Shown: piece after piece, positions 17,571 through 27,117 of the stretch
Layout: each line of letters opens with the position of its first letter
Position numbering within the stretch: position 1 is the stretch's first letter
From: a bacterium
GTDB lineage: Bacteria > Hydrothermota > UBA3073 > JACQXS01
Assembly: GCA_030592575.1 (NCBI GenBank)
Contig: JAUVIV010000003.1
Location: forward strand, 1 to 56,100
Reading direction: 5' to 3'
DNA length: 56,100 bases
The notes under the pieces: generated by a model
Told to the model about the DNA's origin: nothing
What the model saw: the letters and a program-made list of their open reading frames with translations, nothing else
The model's database searches: none
Translations under genes and position numbers: made by a program

Positions 17571-19538
17571 ATGAAATATTATAATAAATTAATTTTTTGC
17601 TTTATCATTGGATTATTTTTACTTCTTGGTTGTGCTTCCAAAGATGACCAATGGATTCGTCCTTTACCAAAGCGAATTATAACTCAAGAGCAGTTACCTA
17701 ATGCGAATGCTGTCTTTCTATTAGATGAAGAAAGTTTTAAAGTTATTCCACAAGAGGAAGAATTCGGTTTATTTGGTAGTTTTACCGGACTTCATACTTT
17801 TGAACTTAAAACGGTTATTGTTACAATTTTGAACAAACAGGGACTTCGTTATGCATCGTGGGAAACTCCTTGGTATTATGTTGACCCTGAGGATAAATTT
17901 GGTGGTATAATTGAAATTAAAGGAAGAGTCTTGAAACCAAATGGTGAAATAGTTCTTCTCAAACCTGAAAATATTTATGAAGTTGATATTACGAAATATC
18001 TCAAAAAAAAGCATATTGCGTTTCCTGGAGTAGAGCCAGGTTGTGTGATACAATTACAATATATTATACAACATCGTTGGCGAGCAAAGTCCGCAAGTAT
18101 TCGTTATCTTCAATACGATGATCCCGTACTTCATTCTCACTATTATATTACTTTACCTACTAAATGGGAACCACGATATAATGCTTTGCCAGTGGGGTAT
18201 TTAGAAGAACCTGATATAGAGCAGGTTGCAAAAAGTTATGGAGCAGGGAATACTTATCACTGGTATAAAAGGAATATTCCGGAAATTGAATATGAACCTT
18301 TTATGCCTTCCTTAACTGATTTGATTCCTCGGGTAACCTTTTCACTTTACAAAATTGAAGGGCAACACTCACGAAACACGAGTAATTGGGAAAATATTGG
18401 GAAATGGTTTTACGAAGCAATACAGAATAAGATGAACCCAAGTGGAAAAATTAAAGAATTAGCAAAAGATTTAACGAAAGATGAGAAAGATATAAGGGTA
18501 AAAATAAAAAACATTTTTTACTGGATTCAAAGTAATTATAATGTCGGTATTGATAATACATGGGTATTTCAAAAACCTGACGAGACTATTGATGAAGGCA
18601 AAGGTACAAGTGGTGATATAGCTTGCTTACTTATTTCTATGTTAAAAGCCAGTGATATTCAGGTAGAGCCAGTACTTATAAGTACAAAAGAGAATGGTAA
18701 AGTTGACCAAGAAGTTCCCACTTCAGTATGGTTCAACCGTATTATTGTACGTATTCCTTGTGAAGACAGTTCATTTATCTGGCTTGATCCTGCTGCAAAA
18801 GTTGGGGACATTAATGTTTTACCTTATGAGTCTCAAGGTGTGGATGCATTTATTCTATCAAAAGATAGTAGCCATTTTGAAAAAACACCTATTGCTGGAC
18901 CTGAAGATAATGCGCATATTTGTGAGATTGAGGTATCTTTGAAGGAAGATGGCTCAGCTGCTATTTCTTACGATATTACTTTTGAAGGTGAAATTGAGCG
19001 GGGAAAAAGAATTGAATATACAACTTTAAAGCGTACGGAATGGGAGGTTGAGGCTGCTAAGCTATGCGAAAAGGCAGTATTAAAAGATTATTCTATTCCT
19101 GATCCTGATAGTCTTGGAAAAACTTTTAAAGTGAAAGCTGATTTTGATATGCGAAATTTTGCTGTACGAGCAGACACAATGCTTTTTTTCTCTCCGTTTT
19201 CTTTAGTTCCTTCAAAGCAGTTATTTCCAAAAACTTCTCGTATTCATCCGGTAGTTTTCGATTATAAATTAATCAAACGAGATAACATAAATGTTACTAT
19301 CCCCAAAAAATACAAAATAGTGAAAATACCTACTGATTTTACTCTTCAATCTCCACATGGTAGGGTTACTTTTAAGTATCAGATGAATGGAAAATATGTT
19401 GTTCGTTGTGAACGTGAAGTTATACTTGATAAGTTAAATGTTTCAGTTAATGAATACGAAAAGTTACGTGATTTTTACACAAAACTTTGTGAAAAAGAAA
19501 TGGATAAAATTATCTTATCAAAAATAATCAAACGATAG
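17571..19538 (+). CDS. DUF3857/transglutaminase-like lipoprotein, catalytically degenerate
   Basis: SD AAGGAG; lipobox LLGC; GTSGD and FNRII replace the Cys and His motifs; WLDP retained. Confidence 0.85.
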   Translation: MKYYNKLIFCFIIGLFLLLGCASKDDQWIRPLPKRIITQEQLPNANAVFLLDEESFKVIPQEEEFGLFGSFTGLHTFELKTVIVTILNKQGLRYASWETPWYYVDPEDKFGGIIEIKGRVLKPNGEIVLLKPENIYEVDITKYLKKKHIAFPGVEPGCVIQLQYIIQHRWRAKSASIRYLQYDDPVLHSHYYITLPTKWEPRYNALPVGYLEEPDIEQVAKSYGAGNTYHWYKRNIPEIEYEPFMPSLTDLIPRVTFSLYKIEGQHSRNTSNWENIGKWFYEAIQNKMNPSGKIKELAKDLTKDEKDIRVKIKNIFYWIQSNYNVGIDNTWVFQKPDETIDEGKGTSGDIACLLISMLKASDIQVEPVLISTKENGKVDQEVPTSVWFNRIIVRIPCEDSSFIWLDPAAKVGDINVLPYESQGVDAFILSKDSSHFEKTPIAGPEDNAHICEIEVSLKEDGSAAISYDITFEGEIERGKRIEYTTLKRTEWEVEAAKLCEKAVLKDYSIPDPDSLGKTFKVKADFDMRNFAVRADTMLFFSPFSLVPSKQLFPKTSRIHPVVFDYKLIKRDNINVTIPKKYKIVKIPTDFTLQSPHGRVTFKYQMNGKYVVRCEREVILDKLNVSVNEYEKLRDFYTKLCEKEMDKIILSKIIKR

Positions 19539-19562
19539 AGGCAAAAAATAGAGAGTCTACAG

Positions 19563-19590
19563 GTAGGGGCGTTTAATTAAATGCCCCTAC
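19563..19590. repeat. Intergenic 28-bp GTAG REP palindrome
   Basis: GTAGGGGCGTTTAATTAAATGCCCCTAC, near-perfect inverted repeat just after the stop at 19538. Confidence 0.85.
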
Positions 19591-19768
19591 ATTCAATTTC
19601 AGGATAAGAAAATTTTCAATAGAATATTCTAATCTTTCACGAAAATTTATTTGCTTTTTAAAAAATCTGGAAGAGAAGAAAGATGTGCATTTTAAAATAG
19701 GAGCTATCCTACCCTTCTGTTTTTGTCAATAAAAATCACAGAAGAATTATTCCTTTCACAAAAAATGT

Positions 19769-19796
19769 TTGACACAGAAGCACGAGGAAGTATAAT
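19769..19796 (+). promoter_or_regulatory. Consensus sigma70 promoter of the DUF502 gene
   Basis: TTGACA-16 bp-TATAAT, 6 nt before ATG 19803. Confidence 0.7.
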
Positions 19797-19802
19797 AAAA
19801 AT

Positions 19803-20453
19803 ATGAAAAGGAAATTCATTACAGGTATCGTAGCATTGCTTCCAATAGGGCTTACGGTATTTATTATCTGGTTTATGGTTATGAAAATTGGGGGGCTTCT
19901 GGAAGTAGTTTTCAGAAAAATACCCACACTTTCAAATTTACCTTTGCCATTAATTTCGTTTTTTGGTTTTCTAACGCTTGTCTTAATTATTTATATGATT
20001 GGTATCATAACTTCAAGTTATATAGGAAAGCGTATTTTGAAATTTGGAGAGGATATAATTTCAAAAGTTCCTCTTATCCGTATAATTTATACATCTGTAA
20101 GGAAATTTACGAATGCTGTATTCATAGATAAATCGGCATTTGAAAAAGCAGTGGTTATTGAATATCCAAGAAAAGGAATTTATACTATGGGATTTTTGAC
20201 AAACGAATCCAGCTGGGAAATTGATGGAAAAGGAGAAAATGTAAATGTATTTATCCCGACATCGCCAAACCCAACTTCAGGATATTACATAATTGTTCCA
20301 AGAGTGGAGATAAGAGAAACAGATTTGTCTATTGATGGTGCATTAAGAACCATCATTTCGGGGGGAGTAATATTACCGAGAAATAGGAAGTTAACAAAAT
20401 TGAAAGAGGAGGCAGATAATGAAGGAAGAGAAAAAAGAGATTCGCAAAATTAG
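19803..20453 (+). CDS. DUF502 family membrane protein
   Basis: FITG..LLPI, VPLIRIIY, IEYPRKG, FIPTSPNPTSG, IISGG. Confidence 0.92.
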   Translation: MKRKFITGIVALLPIGLTVFIIWFMVMKIGGLLEVVFRKIPTLSNLPLPLISFFGFLTLVLIIYMIGIITSSYIGKRILKFGEDIISKVPLIRIIYTSVRKFTNAVFIDKSAFEKAVVIEYPRKGIYTMGFLTNESSWEIDGKGENVNVFIPTSPNPTSGYYIIVPRVEIRETDLSIDGALRTIISGGVILPRNRKLTKLKEEADNEGREKRDSQN

Positions 20454-20607
20454 ATTAAAATCAAAGAATTGGACATTTATTCTTGTGGGGTTATTATTTA
20501 TTGGAATCGGATATTTATCCTTAAGTAAAGGTTCTTTGACTTTAGCTCCGGTGCTTTTGGTAACGGGGTATTGTGTTTTAATTCCGATAGGGATAATTTT
20601 AAAATAG
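20419..20607 (+). CDS. Small two-TM membrane protein (DUF3098-like)
   Basis: SD GAGGAGG; 'KNW..GY..SLTLAPVLLVTGY..IPIGI'. Confidence 0.7.
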   Translation: MKEEKKEIRKIRLKSKNWTFILVGLLFIGIGYLSLSKGSLTLAPVLLVTGYCVLIPIGIILK

Positions 20608-20609
20608 TA

Positions 20610-22055
20610 CTAATAGATATTTGAATTAAAGCATACGAATTTTAACTGAGTCATTTCCTGGATAGCGTACTTTACGCCTTCTCTTCCGATTCCGCTTTCT
20701 TTTACTCCACCATAAGGAATATGGTCAACTCTATAAGTCGGTATGTCGTTAATTATAATTCCGCCTACTTCCAAGTTTTTAGATGCATAAAGAGCTTTTT
20801 TGACATCATTAGTATAAACTCCTGCATTTAATCCGTATTTAGAATTATTAACTTTTTTAATTACTTGTTCCCAGTCCTCAAATCCCATAATTGATACAAC
20901 AGGAGCAAACATTTCCCGAGCTACTACTTTCATTTCAGGTGTTACATTGGTGAGTACGGTAGGTTTGAACATAGAGTCCTTATGGCTGTTGCCAATCAAG
21001 ACCTTAGCTCCTTCCGAAATTGCTTTATCTATCCATTGTTTTGTGCGATTGGCTTCTTGTTTTGTAATCATTGGACCTATATCCGTATCTTCATCCAATG
21101 GATTTCCTGATTTTAATTCTGAAACTGTTTTCAAAAATTGCTTGATAAATTGGTCTTTTATGTTTTGATGGACGTAAATTCGTTGAATAGATATGCATAC
21201 TTGTCCGGAATAAGCAAAGCTTCCGAAAACACATCGCTCAACAATTTTTTGTAGGGATACCCCTATATCTTTATCAATAATTACAGGAGAGTTACTACCT
21301 AGTTCAAGTGTAATTCGTTTAAGTCCTGCTCTTTCTGTAATTCCGAGCCCAACGGATGCACTGCCGGTAAATGTGATTTTAGAAATTCTTGTGTCTCGGA
21401 CTATAGCGTCTCCGATTGTGGAACCTGTTCCTGTTAGGATGTTCAAAACTCCTTGCGGGAGTCCGGCTTCTATCATAATCTCTCCTAATTTAATTGCAGT
21501 TATAGGAGTATATGTGGATGGTTTGAGCACGATAGTATTTCCTGATGCAATTGCTGGAGCTATTTTATGAGCAACTAAGTTTAATGGAAAATTAAATGGA
21601 GTAATCGCAGCTATAATTCCAAGTGGTTCACGGAAAGTAAATCCGATTCTATTTTCTCCTTTGGCTGATGCATCCATAGGTATTGTCTCGCCATAAAGTC
21701 TTTTGGCTTCTTCAGATGCGAATTTGAATGTTTCGCTTGCACGGTCAACTTCGCCTTTTGCTAATTTTATTGGCTTTCCTGATTCTAATGTAATAGTTTG
21801 AGCAAGTTCTTCTTTTCTTTCTTTTATAATATCTGAAGTGTGTTCAAGGATTAGAGCCCGTTTATGAGCAGGAAAGTTTTTGGTAATTTTAAAAGCTTCT
21901 TGAGCACTTTGGATGGCATTATCTACTTGTTGTCTGGTAGCTTTCGGAATTGTGCCAAGTAGTTCCTGGTTGTAAGGGTTTCTAACTTGTAGTGACGATT
22001 CGCGAATCGCTCTTACCCATTCACCATTTATAAGTAATTTATATTTTTTAGGCAT
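20610..22055 (-). CDS. Aldehyde dehydrogenase family protein
   Basis: ITPFNFP, LKPS, FTGS, LELG, GQVC (catalytic Cys), EMFAP, PYGGVKESGIGREG. Confidence 0.95.
   Translation of the reverse strand: MPKKYKLLINGEWVRAIRESSLQVRNPYNQELLGTIPKATRQQVDNAIQSAQEAFKITKNFPAHKRALILEHTSDIIKERKEELAQTITLESGKPIKLAKGEVDRASETFKFASEEAKRLYGETIPMDASAKGENRIGFTFREPLGIIAAITPFNFPLNLVAHKIAPAIASGNTIVLKPSTYTPITAIKLGEIMIEAGLPQGVLNILTGTGSTIGDAIVRDTRISKITFTGSASVGLGITERAGLKRITLELGSNSPVIIDKDIGVSLQKIVERCVFGSFAYSGQVCISIQRIYVHQNIKDQFIKQFLKTVSELKSGNPLDEDTDIGPMITKQEANRTKQWIDKAISEGAKVLIGNSHKDSMFKPTVLTNVTPEMKVVAREMFAPVVSIMGFEDWEQVIKKVNNSKYGLNAGVYTNDVKKALYASKNLEVGGIIINDIPTYRVDHIPYGGVKESGIGREGVKYAIQEMTQLKFVCFNSNIY
21989..22016. repeat. 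28-bp GTAG REP-like palindrome inside ALDH
   Basis: GTAGTGACGATTCGCGAATCGCTCTTAC; translated as VRAIRESSL. Confidence 0.75.
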
Positions 22056-22096
22056 TAATTTATATTTTCCTACCGCAAGGTTTTTAACCTTTTGTT

Positions 22097-22267
22097 TTAT
22101 AATTTTTTTCTCTGCGGTAATTTTTTTATTTCTTTTTTTGGCAAAGGACGTTGACTATTGCTTCCACATTTGGGACAAGTTCTTTCTTTTGGGATTTTTT
22201 TATCATAGAGTTCCTTATACTCATATCCGCATCTTAAGCATTTAAAAGTTATTTCTTCTTCAGCCAT
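22097..22267 (-). CDS. Small zinc-ribbon protein
   Basis: SD AGGAGG before MAEEE; CLRC..CPKC. Confidence 0.75.
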   Translation of the reverse strand: MAEEEITFKCLRCGYEYKELYDKKIPKERTCPKCGSNSQRPLPKKEIKKLPQRKKL

Positions 22268-22334
22268 TTTATCCTCCTTCTTTTTTGCAGTTCTATCTGT
22301 TATAGGATTGTTTTTTGGAAGTGTCAAGAGAAAT

Positions 22335-22356
22335 GTAGGAGTGTTTTTGCTCCTAC
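22335..22356. repeat. Short GTAG..CTAC palindrome
   Basis: GTAGGAGTGTTTTTGCTCCTAC. Confidence 0.6.
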
Positions 22357-22485
22357 ACGGCGTTAATTGATAGTACTTAAGTCTGTCTTAAAGTGTGAAT
22401 GAAAAAATCTTATTATTAATTGTAGAGGATTAGGGAGAGCTTAAATTTATTTTCTATACAAATTTTAAATGTTGCACAGTTAAAA

Positions 22486-25065
22486 CTATTTAAAAACTAT
22501 AAGTTTTAGGAGTTTTGTTTCTTCATCTGCTTGAAGTCTCAAAAAATATATTCCATTTACGACCGATTTTTCTTCATCATTACATCCATTCCAAGCAAAT
22601 TCATATACACCGCATTCAAGAAACCCGTCAAATAATTTCTTCACAAGAGTCCCTGCTAAGCTATAGATTGATAGATTGGCTTTAGTCGGGTACTTTTTGA
22701 TATTGAACTTTATACGAGTCTTTTGACAAAATGGGTTAGGAAGGCAAGAAAAGAGGATAATATTTGAATCTGCAACATCTTCTTTCATAGATGTTACGCT
22801 ATCGGGAACTTCAATTTCAAAAAAATGCATTACCTTTTCAATATATTGTACTCTCATAGAATCAGGAATTTCCGAGAATCTGAATCGTGTGCACCAAATT
22901 TTGTGCTCATTTTCATAAGAGAAACCACAAACTTTTCCTTCTTTATCTGAGAAAATTGTATCATAATTATTCGGGAGAAACCACTCAAAACTTTTATCAG
23001 AATAATTGAACGAAAATCCCATACCCGATATTAGAGACATAGGAACTTCGGATGTATTTTTTCCTGACAACAATTCATTTAACCAAAGATTAGATTTTTC
23101 AATATATAAGTTTTTGGGAAGAGAGTCTATAACGAAATTCATCTCATCGGAGATAAAAAGAACTTTGAAATTTTCAAGCCATTCGTTTTTGATTTTCAAA
23201 TTTTCGCTCTCGTCTATCCACATTCCTTTATATCCAAGTTCGCAAAGTACATTATTTAGCAGTGTATCAGATACAAGAAAATCTCCACCAGCTACACGAG
23301 TTGAAACCGCAAGCGTATCATTGTTCGGATTTTCGTCTCTATACGAAAAGACTTTGAAGTTTATTTTATAATCTGCTCCGATACAATACTTGCTCCATTC
23401 CGGAAATTCAACTATACTCTCTCCTCTTGCTTTAAGAGTATCAATCACGATATGTTCCATATATATAGGCACTTCGTTTGAATCTATTTCGCAAAAAACT
23501 TTACAATTTGTTTCGGGTATTCTACCAAGATTATGTACTATACAGACTGGAGAAAAAACACTGTCAGGAAAAAGCCAACTCACAGGTGCTTCAGTAATTT
23601 CTATATCCACTTTAGGTATTCCATGTAAATTAAGAGACGGGTCACCCCAAATTTCAAACTTTTGAGTATTTTTCGGGAAATTGGTTTCATACCAAAATTT
23701 AGCTTGAAGAAAAGCATCGCCAACTATTTCATTTTCCATAAGATATTTTAAAAATATATAATTAAAACTTTGGCTTCCTCCATCACTTATATTATTCCAG
23801 TTAGGCATATAAGATGCTTTGGAGTCCGGTGCTACTACGCAAGCAGCTCCTTGTTTCAGGAATTTTTTCGCATCAAAAGGAGCAAATACAAAAGAAGGGA
23901 TTTCACCATAAAGGAAATATTTGCTTAACTTAATTTCATGAGCTTCCGGAACCTCATCTCCATCATCCCACAACCAAATCTTTGAATGAGTCAAAAAATT
24001 GATTATCGGATAATTACCGGAAATTATTTCACTGTTAGATTCTCTATAGTTCCACTTTGTTGGAATTACAGACTCAAGTTCTTTTAAAAAAATATTTTTA
24101 TTTTCTTGAGGAATTCCGGAAAAATCTTCATTTTCATAATTAGATATTCCTTTCACGAATAATATTTTTTTATCTACTCCATTAATCTCAAATTCTATAG
24201 TGTTCTCTAAGATAGAGCTCAAAATATCCACATCAGTATATGGTATTCTTCCAATGATACAACCTGTTGAGCTTTGCAATTCTACAGAATCACCTATTAC
24301 AAGAATATATTTAGGATTTCCTATAAATTCTTGACTTTCCGAAGAGATAATTTTTACTTTATGTCCAATCGTTTCTTTCCATTCTGCGAAATCCTGAACA
24401 ACTGTTCTGAGCTCTTCAGGAACTATTATTACGTAGTTATGCGAACCAATCGAAGTTCTTCTGTACCATTCTTTTGCTGCATCAAGATTAAGTACTTTAT
24501 GTGTAGGAATTGTATTCAACGGGAAAATAAAATCATCCAATGTGGTATCAACTTGAACAATCTTTTTAGGGTAGGTATAATCAATATCTATTGTAATATC
24601 AGGAGTCCACCACAATTTTTGAGTTTCTTGATTATAAGTAAAAGGAGAAATCATTACTTTTGCAAATTTATACCCTCTAAACTCAAATGTTCCAAGATAC
24701 TTGCCAATACTATCCTGACAACTAATCTTGTTTTCAACTTTCAACTTATTGTTTTCAGTTGTTAAAGGAGAATCTCCTTCTCGTAGTAGTATAGGAATAG
24801 AAATGGGAGTTTCGATTTTTTGAGGAATGAGTTGAGGCATTCCTCTCACATTACATCTTGTAATTTCACTATATGGGGGAATTATAATCCATACAACTCG
24901 AGAAGGTAACCATGAATTACCAGCTTCAAGAGTAGAACCAAATCCTTCGGCTATTACACGGTTATTTTTTATCTCATATTTTGGAGTACTAATATTAAAA
25001 CGCTTTCCTATTGCAATACTTGGATTTATTGCAAAAAGGCATAAAAAAAATAAATAACTTTTCAT
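22486..25065 (-). CDS. Gingipain (C25)-like secreted protein, degenerate, with CARDB-like Ig domain and FlgD/T9SS-like CTD
   Basis: Propeptide-like N-terminus; 'NYVIIVP..FAEWK..GHKV', 'YILVIGD', 'IGRIP', 'WGDPSL'; CTD 'PNPF..IYSLAG..GIYFLRL'. Confidence 0.7.
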   Translation of the reverse strand: MKSYLFFLCLFAINPSIAIGKRFNISTPKYEIKNNRVIAEGFGSTLEAGNSWLPSRVVWIIIPPYSEITRCNVRGMPQLIPQKIETPISIPILLREGDSPLTTENNKLKVENKISCQDSIGKYLGTFEFRGYKFAKVMISPFTYNQETQKLWWTPDITIDIDYTYPKKIVQVDTTLDDFIFPLNTIPTHKVLNLDAAKEWYRRTSIGSHNYVIIVPEELRTVVQDFAEWKETIGHKVKIISSESQEFIGNPKYILVIGDSVELQSSTGCIIGRIPYTDVDILSSILENTIEFEINGVDKKILFVKGISNYENEDFSGIPQENKNIFLKELESVIPTKWNYRESNSEIISGNYPIINFLTHSKIWLWDDGDEVPEAHEIKLSKYFLYGEIPSFVFAPFDAKKFLKQGAACVVAPDSKASYMPNWNNISDGGSQSFNYIFLKYLMENEIVGDAFLQAKFWYETNFPKNTQKFEIWGDPSLNLHGIPKVDIEITEAPVSWLFPDSVFSPVCIVHNLGRIPETNCKVFCEIDSNEVPIYMEHIVIDTLKARGESIVEFPEWSKYCIGADYKINFKVFSYRDENPNNDTLAVSTRVAGGDFLVSDTLLNNVLCELGYKGMWIDESENLKIKNEWLENFKVLFISDEMNFVIDSLPKNLYIEKSNLWLNELLSGKNTSEVPMSLISGMGFSFNYSDKSFEWFLPNNYDTIFSDKEGKVCGFSYENEHKIWCTRFRFSEIPDSMRVQYIEKVMHFFEIEVPDSVTSMKEDVADSNIILFSCLPNPFCQKTRIKFNIKKYPTKANLSIYSLAGTLVKKLFDGFLECGVYEFAWNGCNDEEKSVVNGIYFLRLQADEETKLLKLIVFK

Positions 25066-25237
25066 TTTTATATTACACTACTGTATATCTAAACCCAAAC
25101 CTCTTTAACTTCTTAAATCCTTATTACATTAAGTTATATATCTGTTGCCAGCTCGTTTATTTTATACAATAATAGTATTATTCTATTGTATTCTTGTCAA
25201 GTGGAAAAAAATGGATAATTCTAACTCATTTTAAAAG

Positions 25238-25266
25238 TTGACATCTCGGTAAATATTAAATATGAT
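25238..25266 (+). promoter_or_regulatory. Sigma70 promoter of the glycosyltransferase operon (probably leaderless)
   Basis: TTGACA-17 bp-TATGAT, 6 nt before ATG 25273; no SD. Confidence 0.7.
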
Positions 25267-25272
25267 AAAATT

Positions 25273-27117
25273 ATGCTCAAGGCAAGTGTTATTCTTCCTA
25301 CTTATAATCGTGCTTATATATTAAAAGATTGTCTTTCCTATCTCTTAAATCAAACTACGAATGATTATGAAATCATAGTCATTGATGATGCATCCCAAGA
25401 TGAGACCTCTGAAGTAGTTTCCGGATTCCAAATTCCGGATTCCAAATTAAAGTATATCCGATTAGAGAAACAGTCAGGACCTTATGTGGCAAGAAATATT
25501 GGTGTTGAGCAAACCAACAGTGAACTTATAATTTTTTTAGATTCAGATGTTCTTGTTCATCCGGATTTTGTTCTTGACCACATTAAAATACATAGAAATA
25601 ACGAGAAAATATGGATTCAGGGAATGGTTAATCACATTCGTTTCCCAAATCAGGTGAATTTTAAATTCTATTATCCAAGTGCTTTATGCATTGGTACTTT
25701 TATTACTCAAAACGCATCTGTACAGAAAAAGTGGTTCCTTGAAATTGGAGGATTTGAGGATTTTGGTAGCAAAATGGGGTATAAAGATGTGGACCTCGGC
25801 ATAAGATTTCAAAAAATTGGACTTAACCCGGTTCATCCACTTTTCCGATGCAAAGCTTATCATATTGATGGACCTCCTCGTATGGAAAATCTGCAAGAGT
25901 TTTTCGATAAGTGTCAAGAAAGAGGAAAAAGTGCTTATTTTCTCATTAAGCGACACGGTAAATTAGGTAAAAAATTTGCACACACAACAAAAGCAATTCG
26001 TATTTCTCGCTTTTTTCAAACAGATAGGTGGATAGATAATGGATTAAAATTCTTAGAATCTTCCCGAGATTCCCCGATTCTTCCACTCTTTCCAATATGC
26101 AGAATGCTTATGAAATATCATTATCGTTCAAAAGGAATTCTTGAAGCTCAAAAATCAGAGATTAAAGTTCAAAATAAAAAACAAAAAAGCAATCCTAAAC
26201 TTCCAATTTACAATTCTCAAAATTCAAATCCTAAAGCTTCGGTTGTTATTGTAACTTATAATAGAGAAAAATTACTCCGATATTGCTTGAGAGCTCTTTT
26301 ATCTCAGACCTCTCAAGACTATGAAATAGTTGTAGTAGATGATGGTTCAACTGACGGGACGCACTCTCTTCCCGAAATAAAAAAAGTAAGATATTTTAAA
26401 AACAGTGCTCAGAGTGGACAACCTTTTTCTCGAAATAGAGGGATAAAAGAAGCCAGAGGAGAAATAATAATATTTGTAGATTCTGATGTTATTGTAGACA
26501 AGAACTTTGTCAAAGACCATATTTTGCCACATAAGACAGAAGATAAACTAATTGTTCAGGGATTAGTTCGGCATATTCGTCATCCAAAAGCTGCCGGTCG
26601 TTTCTCCTTAAAGATTGATGGATTCTCAAAAGAAGGATTAGTTACTCAGAATGTGTCCGTAAAGAAAAAATGGTTTCTTGAAGTAGGACTCATGGATGAA
26701 AATTTTGGCATAACGATGGGTTATGAAGATACAGACTTAGGAAGAAGACTCAAGAAAATTAATTTAAGAACCATATGTGGATTCATAAAATGTAAAGCAG
26801 ATCATGTTGATGGCTATCCAACTCGTGAGAAATTTGAGATTTCATTTCAGAAAAGATATGAATGGTCAAAGAACATTGTTTATTTCGGCAGTAAATATGG
26901 GAATCGTTTCGTCAAAACAAGTAAGGTGTTACTTGTTTCAAGACTTCTCTTGCTCTCACAATGGGTAGAAAAGGAAGCTGCAATTAAACTTCTTACTAAT
27001 TCTGTTGACTTTCCAATATTTTTTGTTGCTCCTCTGCTCAAAGAAATTATGAAATATCACTATCGGGCAAAAGGAATTTTAGAAGTACAAAATGAAAATC
27101 GAAAAACAAAAGAGTAA
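25273..27117 (+). CDS. Tandem GT2-GT2 glycosyltransferase
   Basis: Two paralogous domains (KASV..TYNR, DDxSxD, DSD, MKYHYRxKGILE) joined by a low-complexity linker. Confidence 0.92.
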   Translation: MLKASVILPTYNRAYILKDCLSYLLNQTTNDYEIIVIDDASQDETSEVVSGFQIPDSKLKYIRLEKQSGPYVARNIGVEQTNSELIIFLDSDVLVHPDFVLDHIKIHRNNEKIWIQGMVNHIRFPNQVNFKFYYPSALCIGTFITQNASVQKKWFLEIGGFEDFGSKMGYKDVDLGIRFQKIGLNPVHPLFRCKAYHIDGPPRMENLQEFFDKCQERGKSAYFLIKRHGKLGKKFAHTTKAIRISRFFQTDRWIDNGLKFLESSRDSPILPLFPICRMLMKYHYRSKGILEAQKSEIKVQNKKQKSNPKLPIYNSQNSNPKASVVIVTYNREKLLRYCLRALLSQTSQDYEIVVVDDGSTDGTHSLPEIKKVRYFKNSAQSGQPFSRNRGIKEARGEIIIFVDSDVIVDKNFVKDHILPHKTEDKLIVQGLVRHIRHPKAAGRFSLKIDGFSKEGLVTQNVSVKKKWFLEVGLMDENFGITMGYEDTDLGRRLKKINLRTICGFIKCKADHVDGYPTREKFEISFQKRYEWSKNIVYFGSKYGNRFVKTSKVLLVSRLLLLSQWVEKEAAIKLLTNSVDFPIFFVAPLLKEIMKYHYRAKGILEVQNENRKTKE

